64,000 nucleotides of DNA from the human T2T-CHM13v2.0 reference genome, Homo sapiens. The position numbers and the translations under genes are program-made. This document shows, one piece after another, positions 25,485 to 47,488 of the stretch. The notes below the pieces were generated by a model. The model was not told where the DNA came from. It saw nothing but the letters and a program-made list of their open reading frames with translations, and made no database searches. Position 1 is the first letter of the stretch, and each line of letters opens with the position of its first letter. The stretch lies in NCBI RefSeq assembly GCF_009914755.1, contig NC_060947.1, one strand, 5' to 3'.

Positions 25485-25712
25485 AGAGAGAGTGGCATGG
25501 TGAAAAAAACTTGGGATTTGGAGACCTAAAGTCTGAATTCAAGTCCTGCATCTTTTTTTTGTATGAGCTGTATAGTCTTGAGGAAATTAAATAACTTGTT
25601 TGAACCATGGTTTCCCTGTATAGGAAATGAGAGTAATCAAGCCACTTTCCTCACAGGGTTGTTACAAGAATCAAACAAAAAGGGTTGTTATTATTGTTGT
25701 TATTATTATCAT
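25485..25712 (+). mobile_element. MIR whose simple-repeat tail abuts the exon 5 acceptor
   Basis: tctgaattcaagtcctgcatc...cctcacagggttgttacaagaatcaaa + (TTA/TTG)n. Confidence 0.65.
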
Positions 25713-25717
25713 TGCAG

Positions 25718-25848
25718 TTCCCAAAGAGAATATTACGTCTGATTCTCTCCTAACCGCAAGCATGGCTTCAGAAAGTACGGTTAAGGATTCTCAGCCTTCT
25801 CTTGATTTGGCAAGTGCTACCAGTGGAGATAAAATAGTTACCGCCCAG
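25718..25848 (+). CDS. WDR44: WDR44 coding exon 5 (131 nt; VPKENITSDS...KIVTAQ)
   Basis: attgcag acceptor, CAG|GTTGGT donor; lies within ORF 25627..25878; phase 1-0. Confidence 0.95.
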
Positions 25849-26424
25849 GTTGGTGAATTAGTGTTCTGTTTCATATAGACTTTATCAGCTCCCTGCAACT
25901 GGCTGGTTTGTTGATGATTATTCTGTATTCTCCAGGCCAGATTTTTCTTTGTCCTCCAAACCTGACCCCCTTACTTCTCTTGATCAGCTCTGCTACATGC
26001 TAACTGGGTGAGCCTAGCAAGCTGTTTAGCATCTGGATCTCAGATGCCCCATCAATAAAATGGAGGAAAAGTCCTTCCTTGAGGGTTTGAAATGAGCTAA
26101 AATATGCCAAGTATCTAGCAGGTAATAGGTATTCAAAAAACGACAGATGCTACTATTTGTAATATTGTTGGTACTAATAAACACCAACTATAGTCTATGT
26201 TTGTCCTGTATTGGTCAGAATTGAAGACTTTTTTTTTTTATAATTTCCTTTTCCTAATCATAGAAAAACTTTATATGCTAGGAAGCGGGCTACACAAAAG
26301 ACTTGATAACACTAATTTTACCACAGCCAGATTCTGGGACTCAGAGCTACTTACATGGTAGCTGTGGTGGGCCAGGCTACCACACTAGAATATAGGACAC
26401 TATAGTCTTGTTATAGCCTTAGAG

Positions 26425-26596
26425 CAGGGGTCAGTAGTGGCCTGCTTTAGGAGGTTCCCCAAGCTAAGAATGTTCTTTACATTTTTAAAGGTTGTTTAAA
26501 ATAAGAAGAAGAATATGTGACAGAGACTCTATATGAACAAAAATGCCTTAAATATTTACTGTATGGCTCTTTATAGAGAGAAGTTTTCTGACCCCT
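26425..26596. mobile_element. MER58-like hAT relic
   Basis: Terminal inverted repeats caggggtcag / ctgacccct; internal gctaagaatg...tttacatttttaaaggttg. Confidence 0.7.
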
Positions 26597-26911
26597 ACCT
26601 TTGAGGTAGCCACATACAGTCCAGATTAATAGCAGTCTTAGTAGAGAAATGCCTTTTGGCCAGGTTCAAATAGAACATTTATTTGTTTTCAAGAATACTA
26701 AGACATTATTTCATGAGCAGCAATAGTTTTGGTTCCTAATGTTTTTCAGCATGCTGGGAAAAATGAAGGACTGAAACGTAATGTTCCATTTAGATTTTCA
26801 GCAGACTCCATTATCTGAATTATGAAATTCTTTAGAATTATATGTGGTAATAATTGAAAATTTATAGAAATTGATTCAGTCTAATTTCTGTTTATAAAAT
26901 TATATTTCCAG

Positions 26912-27007
26912 GAAAATGGAAAAGCACCTGATGGGCAGACTGTAGCAGGTGAAGTGATGGGCCCTCAGAGACCTAGATCCAACTCTGGGAGAGAGCTTAC
27001 TGATGAG
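26912..27007 (+). CDS. WDR44: WDR44 coding exon 6 (96 nt; ENGKAPDG...QRPRSNSGRELTDE), contains the RxRxxS Akt-type motif
   Basis: tatttccag acceptor, GAG|GTAGAA donor, phase 0-0, matches recalled protein. Confidence 0.95.
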
Positions 27008-27403
27008 GTAGAAATAGATTTTTTTGTTCTTGTTCTTAAAACATAAAGTACAAAAAACATAATGGGAAGATGAAAACGTTCTGGAGATGGATGGTAATGA
27101 TGGTTGCATGACAATGTGAATGTACTTAATGACCCAGAACTATACACTTAAAAATGGTTAAAATGGTAAATTTTATGTTATGTGTAGTTTACCACAATTT
27201 AATTTTTTTTAAGTTTATTGCTGTTACACACAAAAAAAAATACAGAAGAAAAAATGAAAATTGAAGATTGTCTTTGTTGATATGCTGGATGTAGCATCTC
27301 TGACTTAAACTTGCCCTTTCACTGTGTTGCATAGTGGAATAAATATATTGAAAGCAAGGTTTATATTTTATAGAAAGTGGGCTTTAAAAGAACTTGATAT
27401 TGA

Positions 27404-27728
<325 letters not shown>

Positions 27729-27889
27729 TTATGAATATATGTTATACCAAAATAAATTTTTTTATTATTTTAATGGTTTCTTATCATTAAAACTTAGTAT
27801 GCACCTATTAGCCAACTTATTCAGAATTAAATTTTACAGCAAAATCTTAGTTGATGTTTCTTTAAAACAATACATTTCTTAAAATATTG

Positions 27890-28500
27890 CACTTTGGAAA
27901 ACAGTTTGGCAATTCCTCAAAATGTGAAACATAGTGTTACCATGACCCAGCAATTCCGTTCCTTTGTATATACCAATGAGAAATGAAAACATATGTTCAC
28001 ACAAAAAAATGTACACAAATATTCACAGCATCATCATTCATAACAGCCAGAAAGTGGAAACAACCCAAATGTTCATCACTGATTGGATGGATAAATAAAA
28101 TGTGGTATATTCATACCATGTTATATTTTTTAGCAATTAAAAGGAATGAAGGGATAAAGTACTGATACATGCTACAACATGGATAAACCTTGAAAACATC
28201 ATGTTAAGTTAAAGAAACCGACATAAAACGCCATATATTACAGGATTTGATTTATATGAAATGTATGGAATAGGCAAATCTATAGAGACAGAAAGTAGAT
28301 TGGTATTTGCCAGGGGCTAAAAAGAAAGGGAAATGAGGTGTGACTGCTAATGGGTAGGGAATTTCCTTTTGGGGTGCAGAAAATATTCTGACTTAGTGGC
28401 AATAGTTGTACAACTCTGTGAATATACTAAAAACCATTGAATTATATGCTTTAAATGAGTGCATTTTGTGGCATGTGAATTATATCTCAATAAAAATGTT
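27890..28500 (+). mobile_element. L1M (L1MB/MC-like) 3' end
   Basis: ORF2 C-terminal remnant (ORF 27983..28165) and 3'UTR ending gtgaattatatctcaataaa. Confidence 0.82.
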
Positions 28501-28632
28501 AGAAATTATTGTGTGCAGTATTGAATATATCTAAAAAGCCTTTAGCTTAAATTTTAGGGGATTTTGTAGACTCAAAAAGATAATTAAATTGCAGGTCATC
28601 TTGGTGTGATTGTTTTTTTTTTTTAACCTCAG

Positions 28633-28769
28633 GAAATTTTAGCCAGTGTAATGATTAAGAACCTGGATACTGGAGAAGAAATACCTTTGAGTCTTGCAGA
28701 AGAGAAACTACCAACAGGCATTAATCCTCTCACTCTACACATCATGAGAAGGACAAAAGAATATGTAAG
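28633..28769 (+). CDS. WDR44: WDR44 coding exon 7 (137 nt; EILASVMIKNLDTGEEIPL...RRTKEYV)
   Basis: T-tract + aacctcag acceptor, AAG|GTATGG donor; ORF 28651..28833; phase 0-2. Confidence 0.95.
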
Positions 28770-29046
28770 GTATGGCCTAATGTTGTTATTTGTCATTTCT
28801 AGTATTTCAGAGTTGTTAAGATTTCTCTGTTAATGAACTATGACAACCCCTAATTTGGTTTCATTCAGTCTTTTTTCTTCTGGAATTAAAATAGAGTTAG
28901 ATAATGTATGTATTCTTTAACTTTGCTCTTCATTATGACTGTACAGTTACTTGGGGAAAATAGTATAAATATTAAATCCCATAGCACTTAATTTCTCTTT
29001 TTTAATGATTTAAATTATACTTGAGACAATATAAAAACAGTGAGGC

Positions 29047-31777
<2,731 letters not shown>

Positions 31778-32332
31778 TCATAGCACAATCATTGTACCAC
31801 AGTGCTTTTCAACCTTTTCTTATGCCATTGACACACAGAGAACATAATAGTATTTGCACTGAATGTTGGGGTAAGCTGGCCATCAGCTGATGGCCAGAGA
31901 AGATTGGCCCAGGCTTCCCTGGGCCCTGCCCTGTTGCCTTGAAGGCTGAGTGGGGAACCAATAGTATGGCCCACCTGCAATGCATTAGAAAGGCTCTGAA
32001 TGTATTAAAGAACCAAAATGATGGTAACGATCTTATCCATCAAGGAATGAAATTTAGGGAACATTAAGTGCCATTTAAGAAGGCATAAAAGTAGATACTT
32101 TAGAACTATTACCATCTGAAATAATTAAAATGTCTGTTTTCTTGGCTTTTAAAGTGGTAGTAAACTTATAATTATCCAGAAAATACAGCTTCAGAGTTAT
32201 AGGTAGCAGAGACCTTATAATGGCTTTAAAAATGGTTTATCATCTGTGTTTTCTGGTTATCAAAAGAAATACAGAAATATGTAAAATAGAAAATGAAAGT
32301 TTCTCATAATCTCAGCCCCAGAAATCAGTTTT

Positions 32333-33569
<1,237 letters not shown>

Positions 33570-33815
33570 TCAGTTTTAATAGCATGGTGTATTCGCCATA
33601 GAATTTTTTTTTCTCGTAAAAGCGGGGCTACTCTATGTCTATAGTTTGTCAACTTGCTGTTTTTTGTTTTTTTTGTTTTTTTGGTTTTTTTTTAGAAAAT
33701 CAAATATATCATAGACATCTCTTTATATCAGCACTAATAATATATATATTGTAGTCTTTCTGAGAGCCAGATATGAGAGTTAAGTGCTTGGGATATAACA
33801 GTTAAGACATTAAGA

Positions 33816-34420
<605 letters not shown>

Positions 34421-34571
34421 AATTTATAAAAAAGACATTCGTGGTCTCTGCCTTCATAGAACTTCTGTTAAATGGGAGAAATAGGCATTAAACATGTAAT
34501 TGCACAGATAAGTCTAGCTACATTTGTAGTGATTGCTATAAAAGAAAAGTTCCAGGTGCTGTGGAGATATT

Positions 34572-34930
34572 ACAGTAGTTCCCTCTTATCCATGGGGTAT
34601 ACGTTCCAAGATCCCCAGTGGATACCTGAAATCACAGATAGTACCAGACTCTGTATCTACTGTGTTTTTTCTATCTGATAACCAAGAAGACTACTAAGTA
34701 ATAAGTGGGTATCATCTATAGCGTGGAAACACTGGACAGAGGGATGATTCACATCCCAGGTAGGATGGAGCAGGGTGGTGTGAGATTTCATCATGCTACT
34801 CAGAATGGCACACGATTTAAAACTTACAAATTGTTTTATTTCTGGGATTTTCCATTTAATATTTTTGGACCATGGTTGACTGGGGTAACTGAAACCATGT
34901 AAAGTCAAACTTGGGATAAACGGGGACTAT
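34572..34930 (-). mobile_element. MER44/Tigger7-like TcMar relic
   Basis: TA-flanked TIRs cagtagttccctcttatcc / ggataaacggggactatg; internal ggttgactggggtaactgaaacc. Confidence 0.78.
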
Positions 34931-36000
34931 GTAACAAAAACTCTGTCTAAAGTTAAAAAGGCCATTTTGAGAGAGCTGTTTGATCTGAGACCTAAAAAGT
35001 GAGTGGGAATTAGCCAAGGGAGAGGTGTTCCAGGCAGAAATAACCACACATGCAAAGCCCCTGAGGTTACTATAAGAGCTTGGCACATTTAAAAAGCTGA
35101 GGTTTGCCTCATTAATTTTATTGTATTTCATACCAGCACTTATTTATCTGTTCCTCTATTGACAAAAAAAAATTTAGTTTATTTCCACTTTTTGACTATT
35201 CTAAACAGTGTTACATTGAACTTCTCTGTATATATAACTTAACAACTTTTAAAAATACTGTCCCTCATGAGCTCCCATGAATCAGTAAAAATTTACTCCT
35301 GATTTGTATTTCTTTTGGTTTTAAATATCATCATGTACTGTGCATTGCTTTTTGTAATCTTAATATATGAAATCTGAGACTTAGCTAATTGAAAATGCAA
35401 TAAGTAAGTCCTATTTATGGAAGCTTGAGATGCATACTTAGTTTACCTCGTATTTGGGAATACCTACTAGGAAAACTCAGCCTAATTTTATTACATGCAC
35501 CTACCCAAACTGAAAGAGAAGGGACAAGGGACCATCTTAAGCTACCAAAGCATTCTATTTTGTGAGGAAATATCTCTTTACTCTTTATTGGTAAAATGTG
35601 TTTTTAAGAACAGCTCTCTAAAGCAGCCTTCTCAAAGCAGTTCTCACCCCCAGACTCTCTAAATTGGATTATCTGGGGATGGAGCTGAAGTACCTACACT
35701 TTAAACACTCCCCTCTCCACACTACCTCTGCCAATCAATTTTTATTCACCATTGAAAACCAAAGCTCTAGAATATATGAATATTGTAAATTGGGGGAAAG
35801 GGTGTATGTTTCCTTTGCCATATTGACTTGAATATGTTTATTCCATAGAATAAGGGATTTGGAACTCAAACACCTATTATTTATGTTTAAAAAAGTTATT
35901 TCAAAGTAGTGTACTTTATCAGTCACAGCTGATACATTTGTCTGCAAATTATTGGACTTTTACAGTTAACTGAGTTGATACTTTTTTCATTTTTGTTAAG

Positions 36001-36107
36001 GACTCAACTAAAGAAGTTTCTTGGAAAATCAGTAAAGAGAGCAAAGCACCTTGCTGAGGAATATGGTGAACGTGCTATAAATAAAGTTAAAAGTGTTAGA
36101 GATGAAG
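36001..36107 (+). CDS. WDR44: WDR44 coding exon 9 (107 nt; (T)TQLKKFLGKSVKRAKHL...VRDE)
   Basis: tttttgttaag acceptor, AAG|GTGAGT donor, phase 2-1. Confidence 0.95.
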
Positions 36108-36334
36108 GTGAGTTAAAACAGAACATTTCAACTAAACATTCAATTAATTTGTAATCGTCTAAATTTAGCCTGTAGTTTGTAAGAAGCATTCTATTTAAAA
36201 TAGTAAACCTTTATAGCTGACATCTTAGTATTTCAATAAATAAGGTACTCTATGACTTAATTTTATGAGTGTGAAGAAAAATGGATTTATACATATTTTG
36301 TGACTTTTGACAGTCTGAAATGGTTGAGTGTTAA

Positions 36335-41092
<4,758 letters not shown>

Positions 41093-41151
41093 AAAAGTAA
41101 AGTCTCTAAAGGTGTAAAGTATTAACTTTGAAACTTCTTTTGTTTTCATAG

Positions 41152-41290
41152 GGAGCTGTTTGGACCATGAAATTTTCTCACTGTGGCCGATTACTTGCCT
41201 CAGCTGGACAAGACAATGTAGTGAGAATATGGGCTTTAAAAAATGCTTTTGACTATTTCAACAATATGCGAATGAAATACAATACTGAAG
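41152..41290 (+). CDS. WDR44: WDR44 coding exon 11 (139 nt; [27 protein letters not shown]...YNTE), first WD40 repeat
   Basis: ttttgttttcatag acceptor, AAG|GTATTT donor; WD40 signature [13 protein letters not shown]. Confidence 0.96.
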
Positions 41291-42557
41291 GTATTTTTCA
41301 TCTATTTAAAAATCTACAGAAACCTGAAGTTTTTACATTTTAGGTATACTGATGCCCTACTTTTCTGGCAGTCATTTGCAGCAACCACTACTTATGATAA
41401 TAGCCAAAAACTTGAAAGTAAGACAGACGTCAGTGGCAAAAAGTCTCTAAACCCAATGAAAAGAGCTGCCACAAAGCTTTTGATTTATTCCTTTCCAGGT
41501 GTAGTGTGTAGTTAATTTCATCAACTATTGAGAACATGATATTTGGTTTCCTCTGGCAACCTTCAGTTCTATCCTAGGTTAAAATAGAATTGCTAATTAA
41601 ACTGGAAAAAGAATGAAAATCATATATATCCAGTAAGTAAAAATGATTAAGGAAAAAGTCATGGAAAATGAATGTGAATTGTCAATATATCAAGGGATAT
41701 ATGAAAAAATGTTGAAAAGAGAAGCCTCAGAACATTATGTACACACTGATTACAACTATGTACAGATATTTATGTATCATGGTGTTATCAGGAAAGTATG
41801 TAGAACTGATGTAAATTTGGGCTTTAAGTTCATGGGATTCTTTTCTAATAACTATTTAACTGTGTAATAAGTTTTTTCCACACCCTCCCCGCCATCAAGT
41901 AAGGCTGCAAACGAGAAGTAAAGCATAGGAGAAAGGAGAAGAAAGGTGGCCATGGGTGAGAGTATATAGTCAAAGCACCAATTTGAGGAACATAAAAGTC
42001 TAGGGAGATTCACTAAACTGGCAAGCTAGACCTCATATACTTGAGTAAATCCTGTGAGTATTGCTTGCATTATGTTTCAGTACTTAGTTGAAGATGATAA
42101 TAATTTGACAAGAAGTTAAACTGTGTTTACTATATGGTGAGTTTTTCTAGTCCTAGCTGTGTGTCATTTCTTTTACTGCCCTGCCAAGAGCAAAAAGACT
42201 ATTTTCAGTGGCCCTTGAGACTAACCCCAGCCCTGAACCTTTCTGCTCCTTTATTGTTCCTCTTGCTACTTGTCATGATTAATAAGAATGTGTTCTATTC
42301 GAATACTGAGGATTTAACGGTATTTTGTTTACTAAAGTAGGGAAATGGTTAAGCCATTTTATGAAGTTTTTATGTAAAAATGATTGAAACAAATATTTTG
42401 GCTCCTATAGGGTTATGCCTCAATTGTTAGTATTTTTCTAGAATACTGTATTCTCTAACTATTAGACATTGCTGTGTCATTACTTCTGGATGTTATATTT
42501 TGGTGGGTCTGTGTGTGTACATACATGCCTTTTTTACAATTATTATGTTGTTTTTAG

Positions 42558-42622
42558 GACGTGTGTCCCCATCACCCTCTCAGGAAAGTCTAAGTTCATC
42601 AAAATCGGATACAGATACAGGG
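42558..42622 (+). CDS. WDR44: WDR44 coding exon 12 (65 nt; GRVSPSPSQESLSSSKSDTDTG)
   Basis: gttgtttttag acceptor, GGG|GTATGC donor; lies within ORF 42500..42682; phase 1-0. Confidence 0.92.
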
Positions 42623-43555
42623 GTATGCTTATTGTTTTATGGTTACTCTGTTTTCAGGTATGATTTAATTTGTTTACCATAAAGTATTTTTGTGTATCAG
42701 AAATTACAGTTGCATGAAGACACTTAATATAAAATTAAGATGTATCATTAGAACCAAGAGTTTCTTCAATTAGAAGAAATTAGCAAATGAAAATTTTTGA
42801 TATTTAAAGGTTGCCAGACAGTGAATACTATTGCTCAGGGTACTATACCACTAATGTAAACTTAAATAATACAAAAGCCCCTCCCCTCAAATCCATGTTA
42901 GACATTTTTAAAATAATGATAATAGATACCCAAATAAGAGGTAATTAAGGAAAGAAAAAATATATTTAAGTATTTTAATTTTCTAATCTTCTTGGTTTAA
43001 TAAACACTTTATCACAGTTTCAGATAAGGTATCTTAATGATTTTCATTTGGTTTTAGAGCTGGAAGGTTAAATATAACCAATTTTAAACCTATAAAGCAG
43101 AATACACAATATTGTACTAAGTTGTCACCTGTGTTTTTTGTGTGTTGCATTAGGTAAGGGTGATATAAACAAGAGAACCTAAAATGTCTACCTGCTCAAC
43201 AGTATTTTCCTGAGATTTCATTGGCTCCAGTATTTGACACTACGTTTTCTCCTTCTCCTGGCTTTCCATGGTTCTGTTTCCCTTTGTTCTCTTATACTCC
43301 CACTGTTTCTTCTTCCATCTCCTTACATTTACTGTTTCTCAGGGTCTGTTCTTGGCCATTTTCAATAGACATATTTATGCTCTTCTTCTAGTCCTGAACT
43401 GGCTTTAGATCTGTAATTCTTTGTTTACTTTCAGTAACTTTATGATTTTTAAACAAGAACATTATTGTGCTTGCTGCCTTTTCACATAATATATAGGATC
43501 TCTTTATCTACATGTAATCCAACCACATCAACTAATAGGTCCAAAACTAAACTCC

Positions 43556-44368
43556 TTCAACAAATGTTTTCTGAGTGCCTGCTATATGTGGCAGACACTG
43601 CTACATGCTATAAAATCAAATGAGACATATTCTCTGTCCTCAGGGATCTTGTGAACTAGTGAAATGGGTAAACTCACAATTACAGTATTAGATGGTGATA
43701 TTCTACAGAAGGTACTACACAAAAATAGGTTAGCCTTATAAATCACAGTGTTAGGAATAGTTTCCTGGAAACTTGTTATTTGAGCTAGGATTTAGCTATA
43801 TGAGAGAAGAAAGGAAGGAGCGTGTCAGACCCAGGGACTAGCAAGTGCAAAAGCATGGAGGCTAGTATGTTAAAGGTACTACAAGGAATTACACATGGCT
43901 GGGAAAGGTGCATTTGTGAGATTGGTGGGAGAGGTAGGCAGGAGTGGAATTTTAAATGACTTTTTGTGATGAACCAAGATGGAACTTTATCCTGCAAACT
44001 ACTGGGAGCAGGGTGGGGCTTTGAAGGATTTCACTCAGAGGCATAATTACCATGTTCAGATTTTTGTTTTAGAAAGAGTATTCTGGTAGTATTGTGAAGG
44101 ATAGACTAGGTGGGGGCTTCAGGTTTGAGACAGGGAGACCATGTAAGAGGCTATTAACCCAGAGAAATGGTTACTTCCGATTTTGATGATTATGATACCA
44201 GTAGAGCTAGAAACTGTAAAGATAAGCTGAATTGAGAGATGTAAAATAAGTCTAATTTGTAGGACTTGGTGACTGACTAGCTGGGGTAGTAAAAGTGAGT
44301 AGCCTGGGATGAATCACAGGTGTCTAGCTTGCGTAGTTAGCTACATGGTAATGGTCACTCATAGAAAT
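43556..44368 (-). mobile_element. L2 relic, itself within an opposite-orientation L2 that resumes at about 51553
   Basis: ttcaacaaatgttttctgagtgcctgctatatgtggcagacactg...; gcaagtgcaaaagcatggagg. Confidence 0.65.
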
Positions 44369-45925
44369 ATTTTTTATATTTTAATTTTTCCATAAGTTAT
44401 TGGGGTACAGGTGGTATTTGGTTACATAAGTTCTTTAGTGATTTTGGTGCACCCATCACCCAAGGAGTATACACTGCACCTATTTGTAGTCTTTTATTCC
44501 TCACCCTCCTCCCACTCTTCCTCCCAAGTCCCCAAAGTCCATTGTATCATTCTTACATCTTTGCGTCCTCATAGTTTAGCTCCCACATATCAGTGAGAAC
44601 ATACAATGTTTGGTTTTCCATTCCTGAGTTACTTCTCTTAGAATAATAGTCTCCAATCTCATCCAGGTTGCTGCAAATGCTGTTAATTCATTCCTTTTTA
44701 TGGCTGAGTAGTATTCCATCGTGTATACATACCAGTTTCTTTATCCACTCGTTGATTGATGGGCATTTGGGTTGGTTCCACGTTTTTGCAATTCCAAATT
44801 GTGCTGCTATAAACGTGCGTGTGCAAGTATCTTTTTCTAATAATGACTTCTTTTCCTCTGGGTAGATACCCAATAGTGGGATTGATGGATCAAATGTTAG
44901 TTCTACTTTTATTTCTTTAAGGAATCTCCACGCTGTTTTCCACAGTGGTTGTATTAGTTTACATTCCCACTAGCAGTGTAGAAGTGTTCCCTGATCACCA
45001 CATCCACGCCAACATCTATTTTTTGATTTTTTATTATGGCCATTCTTGCAGGAGTAAGATGGTATCACATCGAGGTTTTGATTTACATTTCCCTGATTAT
45101 TGTGATGTTGAGCATTTTTTCATACGTGTGTTGGCCATTTGTATATTTTTTTGAGAATTGTCTATTTATGTCCTTAGCCCACTTTTTGATGGACTGTTTT
45201 TTTCTTACTGATTTGTTTGAGTTTGTTGTTCATTCTGGATATTAGTTAGTCCTTAGTTGGATGTATAGATTGTGAAGATTTTCTCCCACTCTGTGGGTTG
45301 TCTGTTTACTCTGCTGACTGTTCCTTTTGCTGTGCAAAAGCTCGTTAGTGTAATTAAGTCCCAACTATTTATTTTTATTGCATTTGCTTTTGGGTTCCTG
45401 GTCATGAAATCCTTGCCTAAGCCAATGTCTAGAAGGGTTTTTCCAATGTTATCTTCTAGAATTTTTATGCTTTCAGGTCTTAGATTCGAGTCCTTAATCC
45501 CTCTTGAGTTGATTTTTGTATAAAGTGAGAGATGAGGATCCAGTTTCATTATCCTACACGTGGCTAGCCAGTTATCTCAGCACCATTTGTTGAAAAGGGT
45601 GTCCTTTCCCCACTTTTTATGTTTTTGTTTGCTTTGTCAAAGATCAGTTGGCTGTAAATATTTGGGTTTATTTCTGGGTTCTCTATTGTTTTCCATTGGT
45701 CTGTGTGCCTATGTTTATACCAGTACCATACTGTCTTGGTGACTATGGCCTTATAGTTTGAAATCAGTAAGTGTGACGCCTCCGTATTTGTTCTTTTGCT
45801 TAGTCTTGCTTTGGCTGTGTGGGCTCTTTTGGTTCCATATGAATTTTAGAATTGTTTTTTCTAATTCTGTGAAGAATGATGGTGGTATTTTGATGGGGAT
45901 TGCGTTGAACTTGCGATTGCTTTTT

Positions 45926-46120
45926 TTTTTTTTTTTTTTATGTTCCATGGTTTTGTGTTTTTTTTTTTCCATTACTGGATATATACCCAAAGGACTATAA
46001 ATCATGCTGCTATAAAGACACATGCACACGTATGTTTATTGTGGCACTATTCACAATAGCAAAGTCTTGGAACCAACCCAAATGTCCAACAATAATAGAC
46101 TGGATTAAGAAAATGTGGCA
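45926..46120 (-). mobile_element. Tiny inverted L1PA insertion nested in the L1PB (TSD gattgcttttt)
   Basis: T-tracts + about 150 nt of opposite-orientation L1PA; TSD at 45915-45925 and 46121-46131. Confidence 0.85.
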
Positions 46121-47103
46121 GATTGCTTTTTGAAGTATGGCCATTTTCACAATATTGATTCTACCCATCCATGAGCATGGGATGTGTTTCCATTTGTTTG
46201 TGTCGTCCATGATTTCTTTCAGCAGCGTTTTGTAGTTTTCCTTGTAGATGTCTTTCGCCTCTTTGGTTAGGTATATTCCTAAGTATTTTATTTTTTTGCA
46301 GCTTTTGTAAAAGTGATTGAGTTATCGATTTGATTCTTCGCTTGGTTGCTGTTGGTGTATACAAGAGCTACTGATTTGTTTACATTAATCTTGTATCTGG
46401 AAACTGTGCTGAATTCTTTTATCAGTTCTGAGCTTTCTGGAGGAGTCTTTAGGGTTTCCGAGGTAAATGATCATATCGTCAGCAAACAGTGACAGTTTGA
46501 CTTTCTCTTTACCCCATTTGAATGCCCTTTATTTCTTTCTCTTGTCTGATTGCTCTGGCTAGGACTTCCAGTACTGTGTTGAAGAGGAGTGGTAAGAGTG
46601 GGCATCCTTGTCTTGTTCCAGTTCTCAGAGGGAATGCTTTCAATTTTTCCCCATTCAGTATTATGTTGGCTGTGGGTTTGTCATAGATGGCTTTTATTAC
46701 ACTGAGATATGTCACCTGTATGCTGATTTTGCTGAGAGTTTTAATCATAAAGGATGCTGGATTTTGTCAAATGCTTTTTCTGCATCTATTGAGATGATCA
46801 TGTGATTTTTGTTTTTAATTCTGTTTATGTGGTGTATCACATTTATTGACTTGCATATGTTAAACCATCCCTGCATCCCTGCTATGAAACCCACTTGAAC
46901 TGGGTGGATTATCTTTTCGATATGTTGTTGGATTTGGTTAGCTAGTATGTTGTTAAGGATTTTAGCATCTATGTTCATCAGGGATATTGGTCTGTAGTTT
47001 TCTTTTTTGGTTGTGTCCTTTCCTGATTTTGGTATTAGTGGGTGATGCTGGCTTCATAGAATGAATTAGGGAGGATTCCCTCTTTTTCTATCTTGTGGAA
47101 TAG

Positions 47104-47488
<385 letters not shown>

